38,256 bases of DNA from Akkermansiaceae bacterium (GTDB taxonomy: Bacteria; Verrucomicrobiota; Verrucomicrobiia; Verrucomicrobiales; Akkermansiaceae): contig JALZUH010000063.1 of NCBI GenBank assembly GCA_023301645.1, forward strand, positions 1-38,256, written 5' to 3'. A model generated the notes under the pieces. That model saw nothing but the letters and a program-made list of their open reading frames with translations, made no database searches and was not told the origin of the DNA. A program made the translations under genes and the position numbers. Shown one piece after another: positions 19,870-29,104 of the stretch. Numbering within the stretch: the stretch's first letter is position 1; the number at the start of each line of letters is the position of its first letter.

Positions 19870-20256
19870 CTACTCCGCCGCTAAAATAATGGCATTGGCC
19901 GCTGCATAATGCTCGGCGTGGGTTAGACTGATCTTGATCTGTGTGAGCTTATGCTTTTTGGCAAATTGCTCACCGTAGCCTGAGAGGACGACCTCGGGCT
20001 CGCCACTCTCTCTGCGGCGAATCTCGACATCGAGCCAGCTGAGGTCTTTACCAATACCTGTGCCAAATGACTTGGCCACGGCCTCCTTAGCGGCAAATCT
20101 TGCGGCGTAGTGGATGGCTGGACGCTTCTGCGACTCGCAGTATTCGCGCTCTGCCTCGGTGAAGATCTTCTTGGTGAATCGCTCACCAAATTCTGCCATC
20201 GATGAGGCGATGCGCTCGACTTCTACCACGTCGATTCCTATGCCGAAAATATTCAT
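19870..20256 (-). CDS. acpS: Holo-[acyl-carrier-protein] synthase
   Basis: GIGIDVVEVERI, AARFAAKEAVAKSFGTG and ISLTH. Directly downstream of pdxJ. Confidence 0.96.
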   Translation of the reverse strand: MNIFGIGIDVVEVERIASSMAEFGERFTKKIFTEAEREYCESQKRPAIHYAARFAAKEAVAKSFGTGIGKDLSWLDVEIRRRESGEPEVVLSGYGEQFAKKHKLTQIKISLTHAEHYAAANAIILAAE

Positions 20257-20258
20257 CA

Positions 20259-21005
20259 CTACGCTGAGTATGGCTGCATCGCTGCACGTATATCCTCCAC
20301 CGCCTTTTGTAAGCCTGTGCGCATCGACATCGCGATGAGCGTGTGGCCGATATTGAGCTCAGCGAGATGTGGCACTGTCAGTAGCTCAGGGAGATTTTCT
20401 AAATTAATACCATGCCCGGCATTGACTTGGAGTCCTAGGCTATGGCCTTTCTTAGCAGCTGTGATGAGTCGCTGAGTTTCAGGCTTACGAGCCTCACCGA
20501 AGTTATTGGCAAAACACCCCGTGTGCAGCTCGATCATCTCTGCGCCAATTCTAGCAGAGGCCTCCACCTGATGGGCGTCTGGATCGATAAACATACTTAC
20601 CTTGATACCTGCGTCCTGAAGTGCTGACACAGTAGGAACCAGTGAATCGTAGAGACCGTCGACATCGAGCCCGCCCTCAGTAGTCACCTCCTCGCGAGTC
20701 TCTGGCACTAAGCACACAAAGTCGGGCTTGAGCTTCACTGCCATTGCCACCATCTCTGGGGTGTTACCCATTTCGAAATTTAGAGGGAGTTTCACCTGCT
20801 CGCGTATCTCGAAGGCATCCTGCTCCTGCATATGCCGACGATCACCACGGACATGAATAGTAATCGAGTCTGCCCCGCCTGCGATGGCGTCATGAGCTGC
20901 TACCAGTGGGCTAGGCTCAGCATTAGGAAGATCGAGCATTTGCGCGTAGCGCGCCTGACGTAAAGTGGCGATGTGGTCAATATTGACACCTAGGAGAAGA
21001 CTCAT
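20259..21005 (-). CDS. pdxJ: Pyridoxine 5'-phosphate synthase
   Basis: LGVNIDHIATLRQAR, TTEGGLD, IELHTG, NAGHG and ELNIGH. Confidence 0.97.
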   Translation of the reverse strand: MSLLLGVNIDHIATLRQARYAQMLDLPNAEPSPLVAAHDAIAGGADSITIHVRGDRRHMQEQDAFEIREQVKLPLNFEMGNTPEMVAMAVKLKPDFVCLVPETREEVTTEGGLDVDGLYDSLVPTVSALQDAGIKVSMFIDPDAHQVEASARIGAEMIELHTGCFANNFGEARKPETQRLITAAKKGHSLGLQVNAGHGINLENLPELLTVPHLAELNIGHTLIAMSMRTGLQKAVEDIRAAMQPYSA

Positions 21006-21094
21006 GCAGATGAGATAGGTGAGGATCTAGCAAATTTCAAACTTCTATTATTCCCCTGTTGCTTTTGGTAGCCCTGAGAGGCTATGATAAAGGA

Positions 21095-22042
21095 ATGAAA
21101 GTGACACCACCATTGCGAACAAAGCTCCCGCGACTGATGCGACTCAAAGAGCCCGCTCGACCCCTGTCAGCTGTCCAACCTCTCTCCTCAGTCAACTATC
21201 TCGCCCTTAGCCTAGTCATCACCTGCTCCGCAGTCACGCTCTCACCTGCCTATGGCGACGAGGTAGAGCCACCCAGCCCGCAGTTCATCAGACCAGCTGT
21301 GCCTGATGATCTCATCGACGACGCCTACATCCGCCAGCAGCTCGGGGTAAATCAATTCACAGCCCCCTCCATCAAGCTCATTTTCGACGATCTCGATAAC
21401 CTCACGCCACTGCCAGCCGACGACCTCCCGCACAAAATCTCCTCGCGTATGCCGCTCAATCGCACCGACCTCGCTGTAGAGATCGGCTTCTACATCGCCG
21501 ATGGATTCATGGCTGTGCAGGCAGGACAAATGAGTAAAATAGAAGGCCTTGCCAAAAACCTAGCTCGCTACGGGCAAGCACTAGGAGCGGGTGAAAGGGT
21601 CAATCGCCATGCAGCAAGCCTACTAGAGAGTGCCGCCAAAAACGATGTGCCAGCACTCAAAAAAGAACTTACCTCCACCCAGAGAGACGTAGAAACAGAC
21701 CTCATCCACCTCCGTGACACCGACCTCGCTCACCTCATCTCACTGGGCGGCTGGATACGTGCGCTCGAAGTTGGCTCGCATGCCGTGGTGAAAAAATACA
21801 CCCCAGAACGAGCACTACACCTTTACCGTCCAGATATTGCTGACTACTATCAGAAATCTATCAGTGCTCTCGACCCTCGTATCGCCACCCGATCTGACAT
21901 CGTCACCATTCAGGAGCAAATCCAAGCGTTACGCGAAATGATGACTATCGGAGAAGGCCTCGCCCCCACCGAAGGTGACGTCGCAGCCATTGCCAAAGCA
22001 GCGCGAACCCTCGCCGCGCTCGCCTTAGAGAGAAAGAAGTAG
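21095..22042 (+). CDS. Hypothetical exported alpha-helical protein
   Basis: Long ORF with host codon style and a hydrophobic signal-like segment (LALSLVITCSAVTLSPAYG). Start uncertain (21059, 21095 or 21137). Confidence 0.75.
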   Translation: MKVTPPLRTKLPRLMRLKEPARPLSAVQPLSSVNYLALSLVITCSAVTLSPAYGDEVEPPSPQFIRPAVPDDLIDDAYIRQQLGVNQFTAPSIKLIFDDLDNLTPLPADDLPHKISSRMPLNRTDLAVEIGFYIADGFMAVQAGQMSKIEGLAKNLARYGQALGAGERVNRHAASLLESAAKNDVPALKKELTSTQRDVETDLIHLRDTDLAHLISLGGWIRALEVGSHAVVKKYTPERALHLYRPDIADYYQKSISALDPRIATRSDIVTIQEQIQALREMMTIGEGLAPTEGDVAAIAKAARTLAALALERKK

Positions 22043-22061
22043 CAATCTACTACCCCTATTC

Positions 22062-23567
22062 CTATCTCTCTAAGTCGATTTCTTCGACGAGGATTCTCAC
22101 CCCATCCTCAGAGACGACGGCTATTGCTGCCCCCTCCTCGATAAAGCCTTGCTTCGCCGTTACATCGAGCACCTCACCATCAAAGTCGCCCTTACCTGCT
22201 GGGCGTAGATCAGTGCTCGCCACACCACGCATACCCTTGTGCTTAGTCGTCGCCACAGCAGAGCTAGATGTCTCATCACGCCCCATAGAGTCACCTGTCT
22301 TGAGCTCTTTCTTGATCACCAGTAGACTAAAGAGCGGCAGATGAGAAAGAAAGCGCATCATCAGTAAGAGCAGCAGCGTCGAGCCCATGATCGCTATGGC
22401 TAAATTCAGCGAAGGCTGCCTGATAAACTCCCAAGCATCGACAGAATCCCAGCCTCTAGCCGCATTATCAGAAAAGGCCAATCCATCGAACATCGAGACA
22501 AAGAGTGACCCCATAATCAGAAGCCCGCCCACCACACCGGGGAAGATCAGCCCTGGCAGCAGGAAAAATTCCACAATGACAAAAATCACGCCGAGCAAAA
22601 ATAAAATCATCAAGCCATATCCCGCCATATTACCCGCTGCATAGTTACCAAAGAAAAAGAGAGCAAAAGCAATCAGTGAAATACCACCACCAATGCCAAA
22701 GCCTGGTGTCTTAATCTCCAAGTAAGCCCCTGCTATCCCGACTAAGATCAGTAAACTCGACGATGCAGCTACCCAGTAGGCAAACTTATCCATCCCACCG
22801 AGCTGAGCATCCACTAGCTCCACACCAGAGAGTCCTTCCATAGCAAGTAGCTCCTCTAGGTCATTCACAATCCCCTTCGCAAGAAGAGGCTCGCCCTGAT
22901 ACTCAGCGACCGCCTCATCGGCTGTTAGCGTGAGGAGCTCACCCTCCTCCACCTGAATATGACCAAAGTTATAATACTCATCAGTAATCATCATCGAGCG
23001 AATCACATCAGGATTACGCCCCTTGCTCTTCGCCACCGCACGCACGAAGGCATTAAAAGCGGACTCGATCTTCGCTCGCATCTGCTTGGGAATCTCCGCG
23101 CCATTACCAGCTACCACAGCGGCTGCCCCAATGGTGGAGACAGGGTGCATGTAGATGGCATCTGTGCCCGACGCCACTAGAGCACCAGCACTCAGTGCTT
23201 GTTGATTCACATAGGAAAATGAAGGCACCTTGAGCTTCTGCATATCCACCATGATGAGCTCCGCTGTATCGAATGCCAAGCCACCCGGCGTATCCAAGTC
23301 GAAGACAACTGCTCTCGCATTCTCAGCATTAACCCGCTCGATGACCCGTCTCCAGAACTTAAAGGCGTGACCATTCATCAGATCCTTCTCCCCCACCTTG
23401 ATTACCACGACCTTGCCCTCGAAGCTCTCCTCGTCTGATTTTCCAAATACGCGCTTATTAGCCACCTCACTGGAAGTCAGCTGCGGCTCATTATTTGCCA
23501 AAGCAGTAGAGCTAACACTCAACTGTGAGAACACCAAAACGGCTAGTAAAACGAAATAATTCATCAT
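22062..23567 (-). CDS. NfeD family membrane-bound ClpP-class serine protease (long form)
   Basis: Signal peptide, LDTPGG, ALSAGALVA (Ser nucleophile), LLTLTADEA, TM region with EIKTPGFG/EFFLLPG and a C-terminal OB fold (TDLRPAGK). Confidence 0.9.
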   Translation of the reverse strand: MMNYFVLLAVLVFSQLSVSSTALANNEPQLTSSEVANKRVFGKSDEESFEGKVVVIKVGEKDLMNGHAFKFWRRVIERVNAENARAVVFDLDTPGGLAFDTAELIMVDMQKLKVPSFSYVNQQALSAGALVASGTDAIYMHPVSTIGAAAVVAGNGAEIPKQMRAKIESAFNAFVRAVAKSKGRNPDVIRSMMITDEYYNFGHIQVEEGELLTLTADEAVAEYQGEPLLAKGIVNDLEELLAMEGLSGVELVDAQLGGMDKFAYWVAASSSLLILVGIAGAYLEIKTPGFGIGGGISLIAFALFFFGNYAAGNMAGYGLMILFLLGVIFVIVEFFLLPGLIFPGVVGGLLIMGSLFVSMFDGLAFSDNAARGWDSVDAWEFIRQPSLNLAIAIMGSTLLLLLMMRFLSHLPLFSLLVIKKELKTGDSMGRDETSSSAVATTKHKGMRGVASTDLRPAGKGDFDGEVLDVTAKQGFIEEGAAIAVVSEDGVRILVEEIDLER

Positions 23568-23763
23568 GATAAAAAAGGATCGATATTAAGAAGATAATAC
23601 AAGGGCTTCATAGAAAGCTCAAAAACTGAGTATGGGCTACAGCCCACATTTATATTTCCCCCATCCAGCATTACCCCATTTGCCCAGCTAGTTCAAGTGA
23701 CTTGTTCTCCGAAGGCATTGGCTATTTGAATAATTAGATAATTCTTAATAAGGTCATTGACTT

Positions 23764-23815
23764 TTACGACAAGTTGTCGCAAATGAAATCATCACGTTAC
23801 GACAACTTGTCGCAA
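23764..23815. promoter_or_regulatory. Two BlaI-type operator palindromes (23764-23782, 23797-23815)
   Basis: TTACGACAAGTTGTCGCAA and TTACGACAACTTGTCGCAA, 18/19 identical and 33 bp apart, just after a TTGACT -35-like hexamer (23757-23762). Confidence 0.85.
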
Positions 23816-23878
23816 GCGGTGCACTCATTTCATAGCAAATAACTAACCAGCCATCAGACACCCCTCAAAGACTCAACG

Positions 23879-24268
23879 ATGAAAGAGAAACCAACAACAC
23901 TAGCCAATGCTGAATTAACCATCTTAGAATACCTGTGGAAATCAGCTCCCTCGACTGCTCGAGAAATACGAGAAGGTGTTTATCCAGATCAAGGAGCCGC
24001 TCAGAACGGCACGGTGCAGAGACTTTTACAAAGACTAGAGACCAAGGGATTCGTCACGAGAAAGCGTGTCAGTAATGTATACAACTTCAATCCATCTCTC
24101 ACTCGCGAAACCTACTTAGGAAATCAGCTAGAGAATCTTGCCTCTACTCTGACAGAGGGGTCCTTTGCCCCACTGATCACCCACTTAGTGGAGAAGAATA
24201 AAATCTCGTCCGATGACATCAAAAGAATCCGTGAAATCCTCGATCAAGACCAAGGAGGTAACAACTAA
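23879..24268 (+). CDS. BlaI/MecI/CopY family transcriptional repressor
   Basis: LANAELTILEYLW…TVQRLLQRLETKGFVTR and a C-terminal dimerisation helix. Coupled by TAATG to the M56 gene. Confidence 0.93.
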   Translation: MKEKPTTLANAELTILEYLWKSAPSTAREIREGVYPDQGAAQNGTVQRLLQRLETKGFVTRKRVSNVYNFNPSLTRETYLGNQLENLASTLTEGSFAPLITHLVEKNKISSDDIKRIREILDQDQGGNN

Positions 24269-25698
24269 TGGAAAACTACATCTACCAAGCGAGCATCAAT
24301 AATATCATTGTCGCTAGTATTTTTGCCTTCTTCGCATACTTACTGGGCAGATCTAGCAAACACCCTCAGTTGAGCTACCTACTCTGGTTTTTTGTCATTA
24401 TTAAACTGATCACTCCACCTATCATTTCACTACCGGGTATTGAACTCTCACAGCTAGGAATATCTACCCAGCAGGTATCAGCTCACACGGCGCAGACCTT
24501 ATCAGAGGGAGTAGCTCACCAAGCCATCAATCAGCCACCCCATTGGCTGATTGATAGTAATTCAAGTTATGACTTTATATCATGGTTACAAAAAATCGAT
24601 ATTATCAGCTTTATCATTTCATTCAGCTTACTGGGCAGCTTGATCATACTAGCGCACTCATTTTATAAAGCCCTACGCTTCCACCAATTGATCAAATCTG
24701 AGGCTCACCCCGCAACCGCTGAAATAAAGGCTATAGCAGACGAACTTGCACAAACGATCGGGCTCAAAAAAACTCCACTTCTAACGCTAACAACCGCTAG
24801 TATATCGCCTATGGTTTGGTGGATAGGTGGACGAGTTCACGTCATTCTTCCCCTTGTCATTATCGACCAGATGACGCCCTCTCAGTGGCGATGGGTCTTG
24901 GCTCACGAACTCGTTCATGTGAAACGACTCGACCATCTCGTTCGCTGGATCGAATGGCTAGCAGGTGGCCTCTGGTGGTGGAATCCACTTGCTTGGTATG
25001 CACGTAAGCAACTGCGAATCCATGAGGAACGCTGCTGTGACAACGGAGTCATTAGCCTCCTTACAACCACTGGCCATCATGCAAATGCACCGGTCAACCT
25101 GAGAGCGCATAACATTTCTCAATCTAGAGATTATGCCGAATCTATTTTGACAGTCGTCGAAAAACTCGTCTCGCCGGAGCACCGCCCGCCGACACAAACG
25201 AGTCAAATCAACAGTGGCGGACAACTCGAACTACGAATAAAAATGATACTTAACCCATCCCGCACCAAAAAGGCTACAAAACGCCAACAGGTCGTCGCTA
25301 TCATAGCTGCTACTACCCTACTGCCGCTGAGTTTCACCTACGTGAAAGCGCAGCCTCAAGTCAATAGCAGCACCTCATCAAAAACCAATGTGTCTAAACC
25401 ACACGAAACCAGCTCAACTCAACAAAAAGTAACTTCCGGCGATCACTCTGATATCAAGAGTGTCCTCAAAGAAATCCTTGTTAAAGAACTTACAGATCAA
25501 GAAATCAAAGAGCGTTTCAACAAATACTTCGCTACTGAAACAGCTAGAAAAAACCAACGAACCAAGCAAGAAAAGAAAGTGCAGGCTGACGCCTATTTTG
25601 ACAAAAACGAAATGCTACAGCTCTCTAAACTGATCCCATTACACGCATATCAAAACCCTGAATCACAAAACTGCACCAGCTGCCACAAGCAAAACTAA
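24268..25698 (+). CDS. M56 family (BlaR1/MecR1-like) zinc metallopeptidase sensor with C-terminal CxxCH
   Basis: TM segments, LAHELVHVKRLD (HExxH), WWWNPLAW, EERCCD and LELRIKMI. Ends in NCTSCHKQN. Confidence 0.92.
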   Translation: MENYIYQASINNIIVASIFAFFAYLLGRSSKHPQLSYLLWFFVIIKLITPPIISLPGIELSQLGISTQQVSAHTAQTLSEGVAHQAINQPPHWLIDSNSSYDFISWLQKIDIISFIISFSLLGSLIILAHSFYKALRFHQLIKSEAHPATAEIKAIADELAQTIGLKKTPLLTLTTASISPMVWWIGGRVHVILPLVIIDQMTPSQWRWVLAHELVHVKRLDHLVRWIEWLAGGLWWWNPLAWYARKQLRIHEERCCDNGVISLLTTTGHHANAPVNLRAHNISQSRDYAESILTVVEKLVSPEHRPPTQTSQINSGGQLELRIKMILNPSRTKKATKRQQVVAIIAATTLLPLSFTYVKAQPQVNSSTSSKTNVSKPHETSSTQQKVTSGDHSDIKSVLKEILVKELTDQEIKERFNKYFATETARKNQRTKQEKKVQADAYFDKNEMLQLSKLIPLHAYQNPESQNCTSCHKQN

Positions 25699-25781
25699 AG
25701 AACCAAAAAAGTAAAACAGCCAAATCTGCCTTATTAAGCCATAGCCCATTGGCTCTAATCAGCCAGGTAAGACAAACCAAC

Positions 25782-25812
25782 AAAAGCCTCTGGTCATCGA
25801 CTGGAGGCTTTT
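25782..25812 (+). terminator. Intrinsic terminator after the blaI-M56 pair
   Basis: AAAAGCCTCTGGTC-atc-GACTGGAGGCTTTT. Confidence 0.8.
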
Positions 25813-25943
25813 GCTATAGACCAGTATCAGAGGTGCGGCAGCAACGACCTCTCGCTATACTATAAGAATCTATCTGTAAGAACCTCAGTAACCGTTCTTA
25901 TAACGCCCCCTTTACTGAATATCATTTTAAACTAAATTGATAT

Positions 25944-25971
25944 TTGACCCTTTGCTAATAGCGTCTAAAAT
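25944..25971 (+). promoter_or_regulatory. Putative sigma70 promoter of the carbonic anhydrase gene
   Basis: TTGACC (25944-25949), 16-nt spacer, TAAAAT (25966-25971). Confidence 0.5.
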
Positions 25972-26006
25972 GCTTATCGAAAAGTAAACCAAACCTGTAT
26001 TACCTA

Positions 26007-26696
26007 ATGTCATATTCATCTAAAATCATCACCGTCCTAACGTCTATTGGCGCTTCTGTATCTCTTTACGCTCAAACTACTATGGAAGAGCAAAAAGCGA
26101 TCACTCCTGATCAAATCCTTACAGAGCTCATGGAGGGCAATGAAAAGTATGTAGCTGCCCAGCTCACCCCAATCGACATCAAAAAGCAAATAGCAGCCAC
26201 TGCTAAGAGCCAGTATCCAAAGGCGGTCATCCTCTCCTGCTTGGACTCACGTGTTCCTGTAGAAATGGTCTTCGACCAAGGCATCGGTGACATCTTTGTC
26301 GGTCGTGTGGCTGGTAATGTTGAAAATGTTGATCAACTCGGATCGATGGAGTTCGCCACTATGCTTGCTGGATCAAAGGTCATCATGGTTCTCGGTCATA
26401 CTTCATGCGGAGCTGTAAAAGGTGCCTGTGACGGCGCTAAGCTCGGTAACCTCACAGCTCTTCTTGAGAAGATTGATCCTGCTATCAAGGCAGTCAAAGG
26501 TCATGAAGAAAAAGGACGCAATTCTAAGAACCATGAGTTTGTAAACGAAGTAGTCCACGCCAACGTCGTGCAAACTGTAGCTGACATCAGAAGCCGCAGT
26601 GAAGTTCTTAGCAACCTTGAAAAAGAAGGTAAGATCAAAATCGTAGGTGCTGTTTACGACCTAGCTACTGGTAAAGTGACACTTACAGCTCAGTAA
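26007..26696 (+). CDS. Beta-class carbonic anhydrase with predicted signal peptide
   Basis: CLDSRVP, RVAGN, GHTSCGAV and GAVYDLATGKV zinc-site motifs. N-terminus MSYSSKIITVLTSIGASVSLYA. Confidence 0.95.
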   Translation: MSYSSKIITVLTSIGASVSLYAQTTMEEQKAITPDQILTELMEGNEKYVAAQLTPIDIKKQIAATAKSQYPKAVILSCLDSRVPVEMVFDQGIGDIFVGRVAGNVENVDQLGSMEFATMLAGSKVIMVLGHTSCGAVKGACDGAKLGNLTALLEKIDPAIKAVKGHEEKGRNSKNHEFVNEVVHANVVQTVADIRSRSEVLSNLEKEGKIKIVGAVYDLATGKVTLTAQ

Positions 26697-26725
26697 GCTA
26701 CACCTTACAAATTAAAGATTTTCAC

Positions 26726-26758
26726 AACCGCCACCCAGCTTCGGGTGGCGGTTTTTTT
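26726..26758. terminator. Intrinsic terminator
   Basis: AACCGCCACCC-agcttc-GGGTGGCGGTTTTTTT. Confidence 0.9.
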
Positions 26759-26790
26759 ATGGCCCTGTTCAAAGGGACTCACAAGGTATC

Positions 26791-26822
26791 CCCTCTAGTC
26801 CAGAAGCCCTCTAGTCCAGAAG
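26791..26822. repeat. Perfect 16-bp tandem duplication (CCCTCTAGTCCAGAAG x2)
   Basis: 26791-26806 is identical to 26807-26822 and includes the hydrolase stop codon. Confidence 0.95.
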
Positions 26823-27692
26823 CTTGATCTCCTTGAGGAAGCTTAATGACTCAGCCATCGACTGGTCGTAGTATTTAGTATCCTTTAATTTTGGGCGGAA
26901 AAAGACACTGTTGAAAAAACCATGCCCCTTCCCTTCAGCTGCTACTAGCTTACAGTTATTACCAGCTTCGATCATCAGCTTGTGGAATCGCTCTGCATTT
27001 TCAAATGGCACTGTCTTATCCTTGGTGCCATGAAAGACGATCGTAGGCACAATACCCGGCATGACCTGATGAGTCAGTGAAACTTCTGTTTTGCGCTGCT
27101 CTCCTACCTTAGCCAGACCATAGCCTGTCTCGGTGGTATCGAGCACTGGATTAAAAAGGACCATGGCATTAGGCACGGAGCTAATCGAGAGATCTTCCCC
27201 CATGGCATCGAGCCCCTTAATGACTCCTGTGCAACCCGCAATATGCCCGCCAGCAGAACCGCCAGCTGCGATGATACGATCAGGATCGATACCAAGCTCT
27301 ACTGCATGCTCACGCACCCAGCGTATAGCAGACTTAGCGTCTTCGACGGCTTCAAATGGTGTTGTTTTGTGACGACTAGCCACACGGTAATCAGCGGTGA
27401 AGGCGACCACTCCCTGCTGTGCAAACTCAGCGGCTTGCTGGTAAAAATGAGTCGTCTTACCCGAGACCCAGCCACCACCGAAGAAAAATACAACGGCTGG
27501 TCGTGAGTCAGAGGTCTTGTGCCCCTCGGGCGTGAACTGCTCGATCTTCAGCTTCAGCTCTCCTACTGTCTTGTAGACCTTTACTTCATCAGGCTTATAG
27601 TCCTTGGCACTCAGAGTTACAGGAAGGGCAATAATGAAGGAAGTCAGAGCACCGAGTAGTATGCTTGGTTTGAATGGTGTGGTGATCATCAT
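26811..27692 (-). CDS. Secreted alpha/beta hydrolase (esterase/lipase, BD-FAE/HSL-like)
   Basis: Signal peptide, FFGGGW, GGSAGG nucleophile elbow, HGTKDKTVP and GHGFF. Confidence 0.9.
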   Translation of the reverse strand: MMITTPFKPSILLGALTSFIIALPVTLSAKDYKPDEVKVYKTVGELKLKIEQFTPEGHKTSDSRPAVVFFFGGGWVSGKTTHFYQQAAEFAQQGVVAFTADYRVASRHKTTPFEAVEDAKSAIRWVREHAVELGIDPDRIIAAGGSAGGHIAGCTGVIKGLDAMGEDLSISSVPNAMVLFNPVLDTTETGYGLAKVGEQRKTEVSLTHQVMPGIVPTIVFHGTKDKTVPFENAERFHKLMIEAGNNCKLVAAEGKGHGFFNSVFFRPKLKDTKYYDQSMAESLSFLKEIKLLD

Positions 27693-27755
27693 GTATTAAT
27701 ATAGATTGGTTGGTGCTGTGTTTATTAGAAAGTTTACGATCTCGATGGTTAGCTG

Positions 27756-29096
27756 CTAAACATTGAGTTTTTCGCCTTCGAGCTTAGCGATACATACTGC
27801 CACGCAGGAGTCACCGAAGACATTGACGGCGGTGCGGCTCATGTCGAGGAGTCGGTCTACAGCGAGGAGGGCGACCACTGCCATTTCGGCATTCGGAATG
27901 CCTGAGCTATTTAAGATCAGCAAAATCGCCACTAGACTTGCCGAGGGAATTCCAGCGACACCAATACTGGTAAGCAAGGCAGTAATGACCACGGCAAACT
28001 GCGCGGCAACGCTCATCTCAAATCCCATCACCTGTGCTACGAATAGAACAGCCACACACTCGTAGAGGGCGGTGCCGTCCATATTCACTGTCGCTCCAAG
28101 CGGAAGGGTGAAGCTACTCACGCGCTTCGACACTCCTGAATTCTTCTGCACGCATTGCATAGTCTCTGGTAGAGTGGCAGATGAGGAGGCCGTTGAGAAG
28201 GCGGTGAGAAGAGCCATGCGCATCGAACGGAAGTGCGCCCAAGGATTAACCTTTCCGACAAACCGAAGAAAGAGCGGCATGATAACAAAGAGGTGAATGG
28301 CTAAGGCAAGTAACACCGTGAGGAAGTATTTCCCTAGGCTGATGAAGATCTCAGGACCACTTTTAAAAACGGTGGGAACCATCAAGCCAAATACACCAAT
28401 AGGGGCAAGGAGCATAATCCACTGGGTAAGCTTGATCATCACGTCATTGAGTGCTTGGACCGTGCCGTAGAGTGGCTTCATTTGATCGGCAGGTAGCTTG
28501 GTCATGGCAATGGCAAAGAGAATGGAAAAGAAGATAAGACCCAAGAGCTGACCATTATCCGTGGCTGAACCAATGACATTGGTCGGGATCATTTTTTTAA
28601 ACAAGTCGGCGTAGTCGGTTGCTTTACGCTCTCCTGCGATAGCGACTTTCTCCACTTGAGCGGCACTAGCACCATCGGCTTGCTCTTGGAGGGCTGCTCG
28701 TATTTCCATGTTAGCCTCTCCATTGGTGAGACCTGGCTGGATGGTATTGACTAATACCAATCCGACCACCACTGCTGCTAAGCTAGTGCTCATGTAGAGA
28801 CCTATTGTTTTCAGCCCTAGCTTACCAAAGCCCTTCACCCCGCCCAAGCTAGCAATGCCTGATATAAGAGAGCTCACCACCAGTGGCACAATAATCATCT
28901 GCAAAGCACGGATAAAAAGCTTACCTATAAAATCAAAGACTCCAATGACATTGGCGATGATCACAGTGACACCACTGCTTACCCCTTCAACAGAACTCAC
29001 TCCAGACGCGTCGCTCAGACTACGAAAGATAACAGCCGTGAGTGTCGCTAAAATAAGAGCGAGAAGGATCTGCCAGTGGGGCGCGAGCTTTTTCAT
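27756..29096 (-). CDS. Dicarboxylate/amino acid:cation symporter (DAACS, GltP/GltT-like)
   Basis: AFSTASSSATLP, PLGATVNMDGTALY and DRLLDMSRTAVNVFGD motifs. Confidence 0.95.
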   Translation of the reverse strand: MKKLAPHWQILLALILATLTAVIFRSLSDASGVSSVEGVSSGVTVIIANVIGVFDFIGKLFIRALQMIIVPLVVSSLISGIASLGGVKGFGKLGLKTIGLYMSTSLAAVVVGLVLVNTIQPGLTNGEANMEIRAALQEQADGASAAQVEKVAIAGERKATDYADLFKKMIPTNVIGSATDNGQLLGLIFFSILFAIAMTKLPADQMKPLYGTVQALNDVMIKLTQWIMLLAPIGVFGLMVPTVFKSGPEIFISLGKYFLTVLLALAIHLFVIMPLFLRFVGKVNPWAHFRSMRMALLTAFSTASSSATLPETMQCVQKNSGVSKRVSSFTLPLGATVNMDGTALYECVAVLFVAQVMGFEMSVAAQFAVVITALLTSIGVAGIPSASLVAILLILNSSGIPNAEMAVVALLAVDRLLDMSRTAVNVFGDSCVAVCIAKLEGEKLNV

Positions 29097-29104
29097 GCGG
29101 GTAG

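Noticed and set aside
23879-25698. Beta-lactam resistance locus (blaI/blaR1)
   Set aside because: No penicillin-binding sensor domain and no beta-lactamase or PBP2a gene nearby, so bla gene symbols were not assigned.
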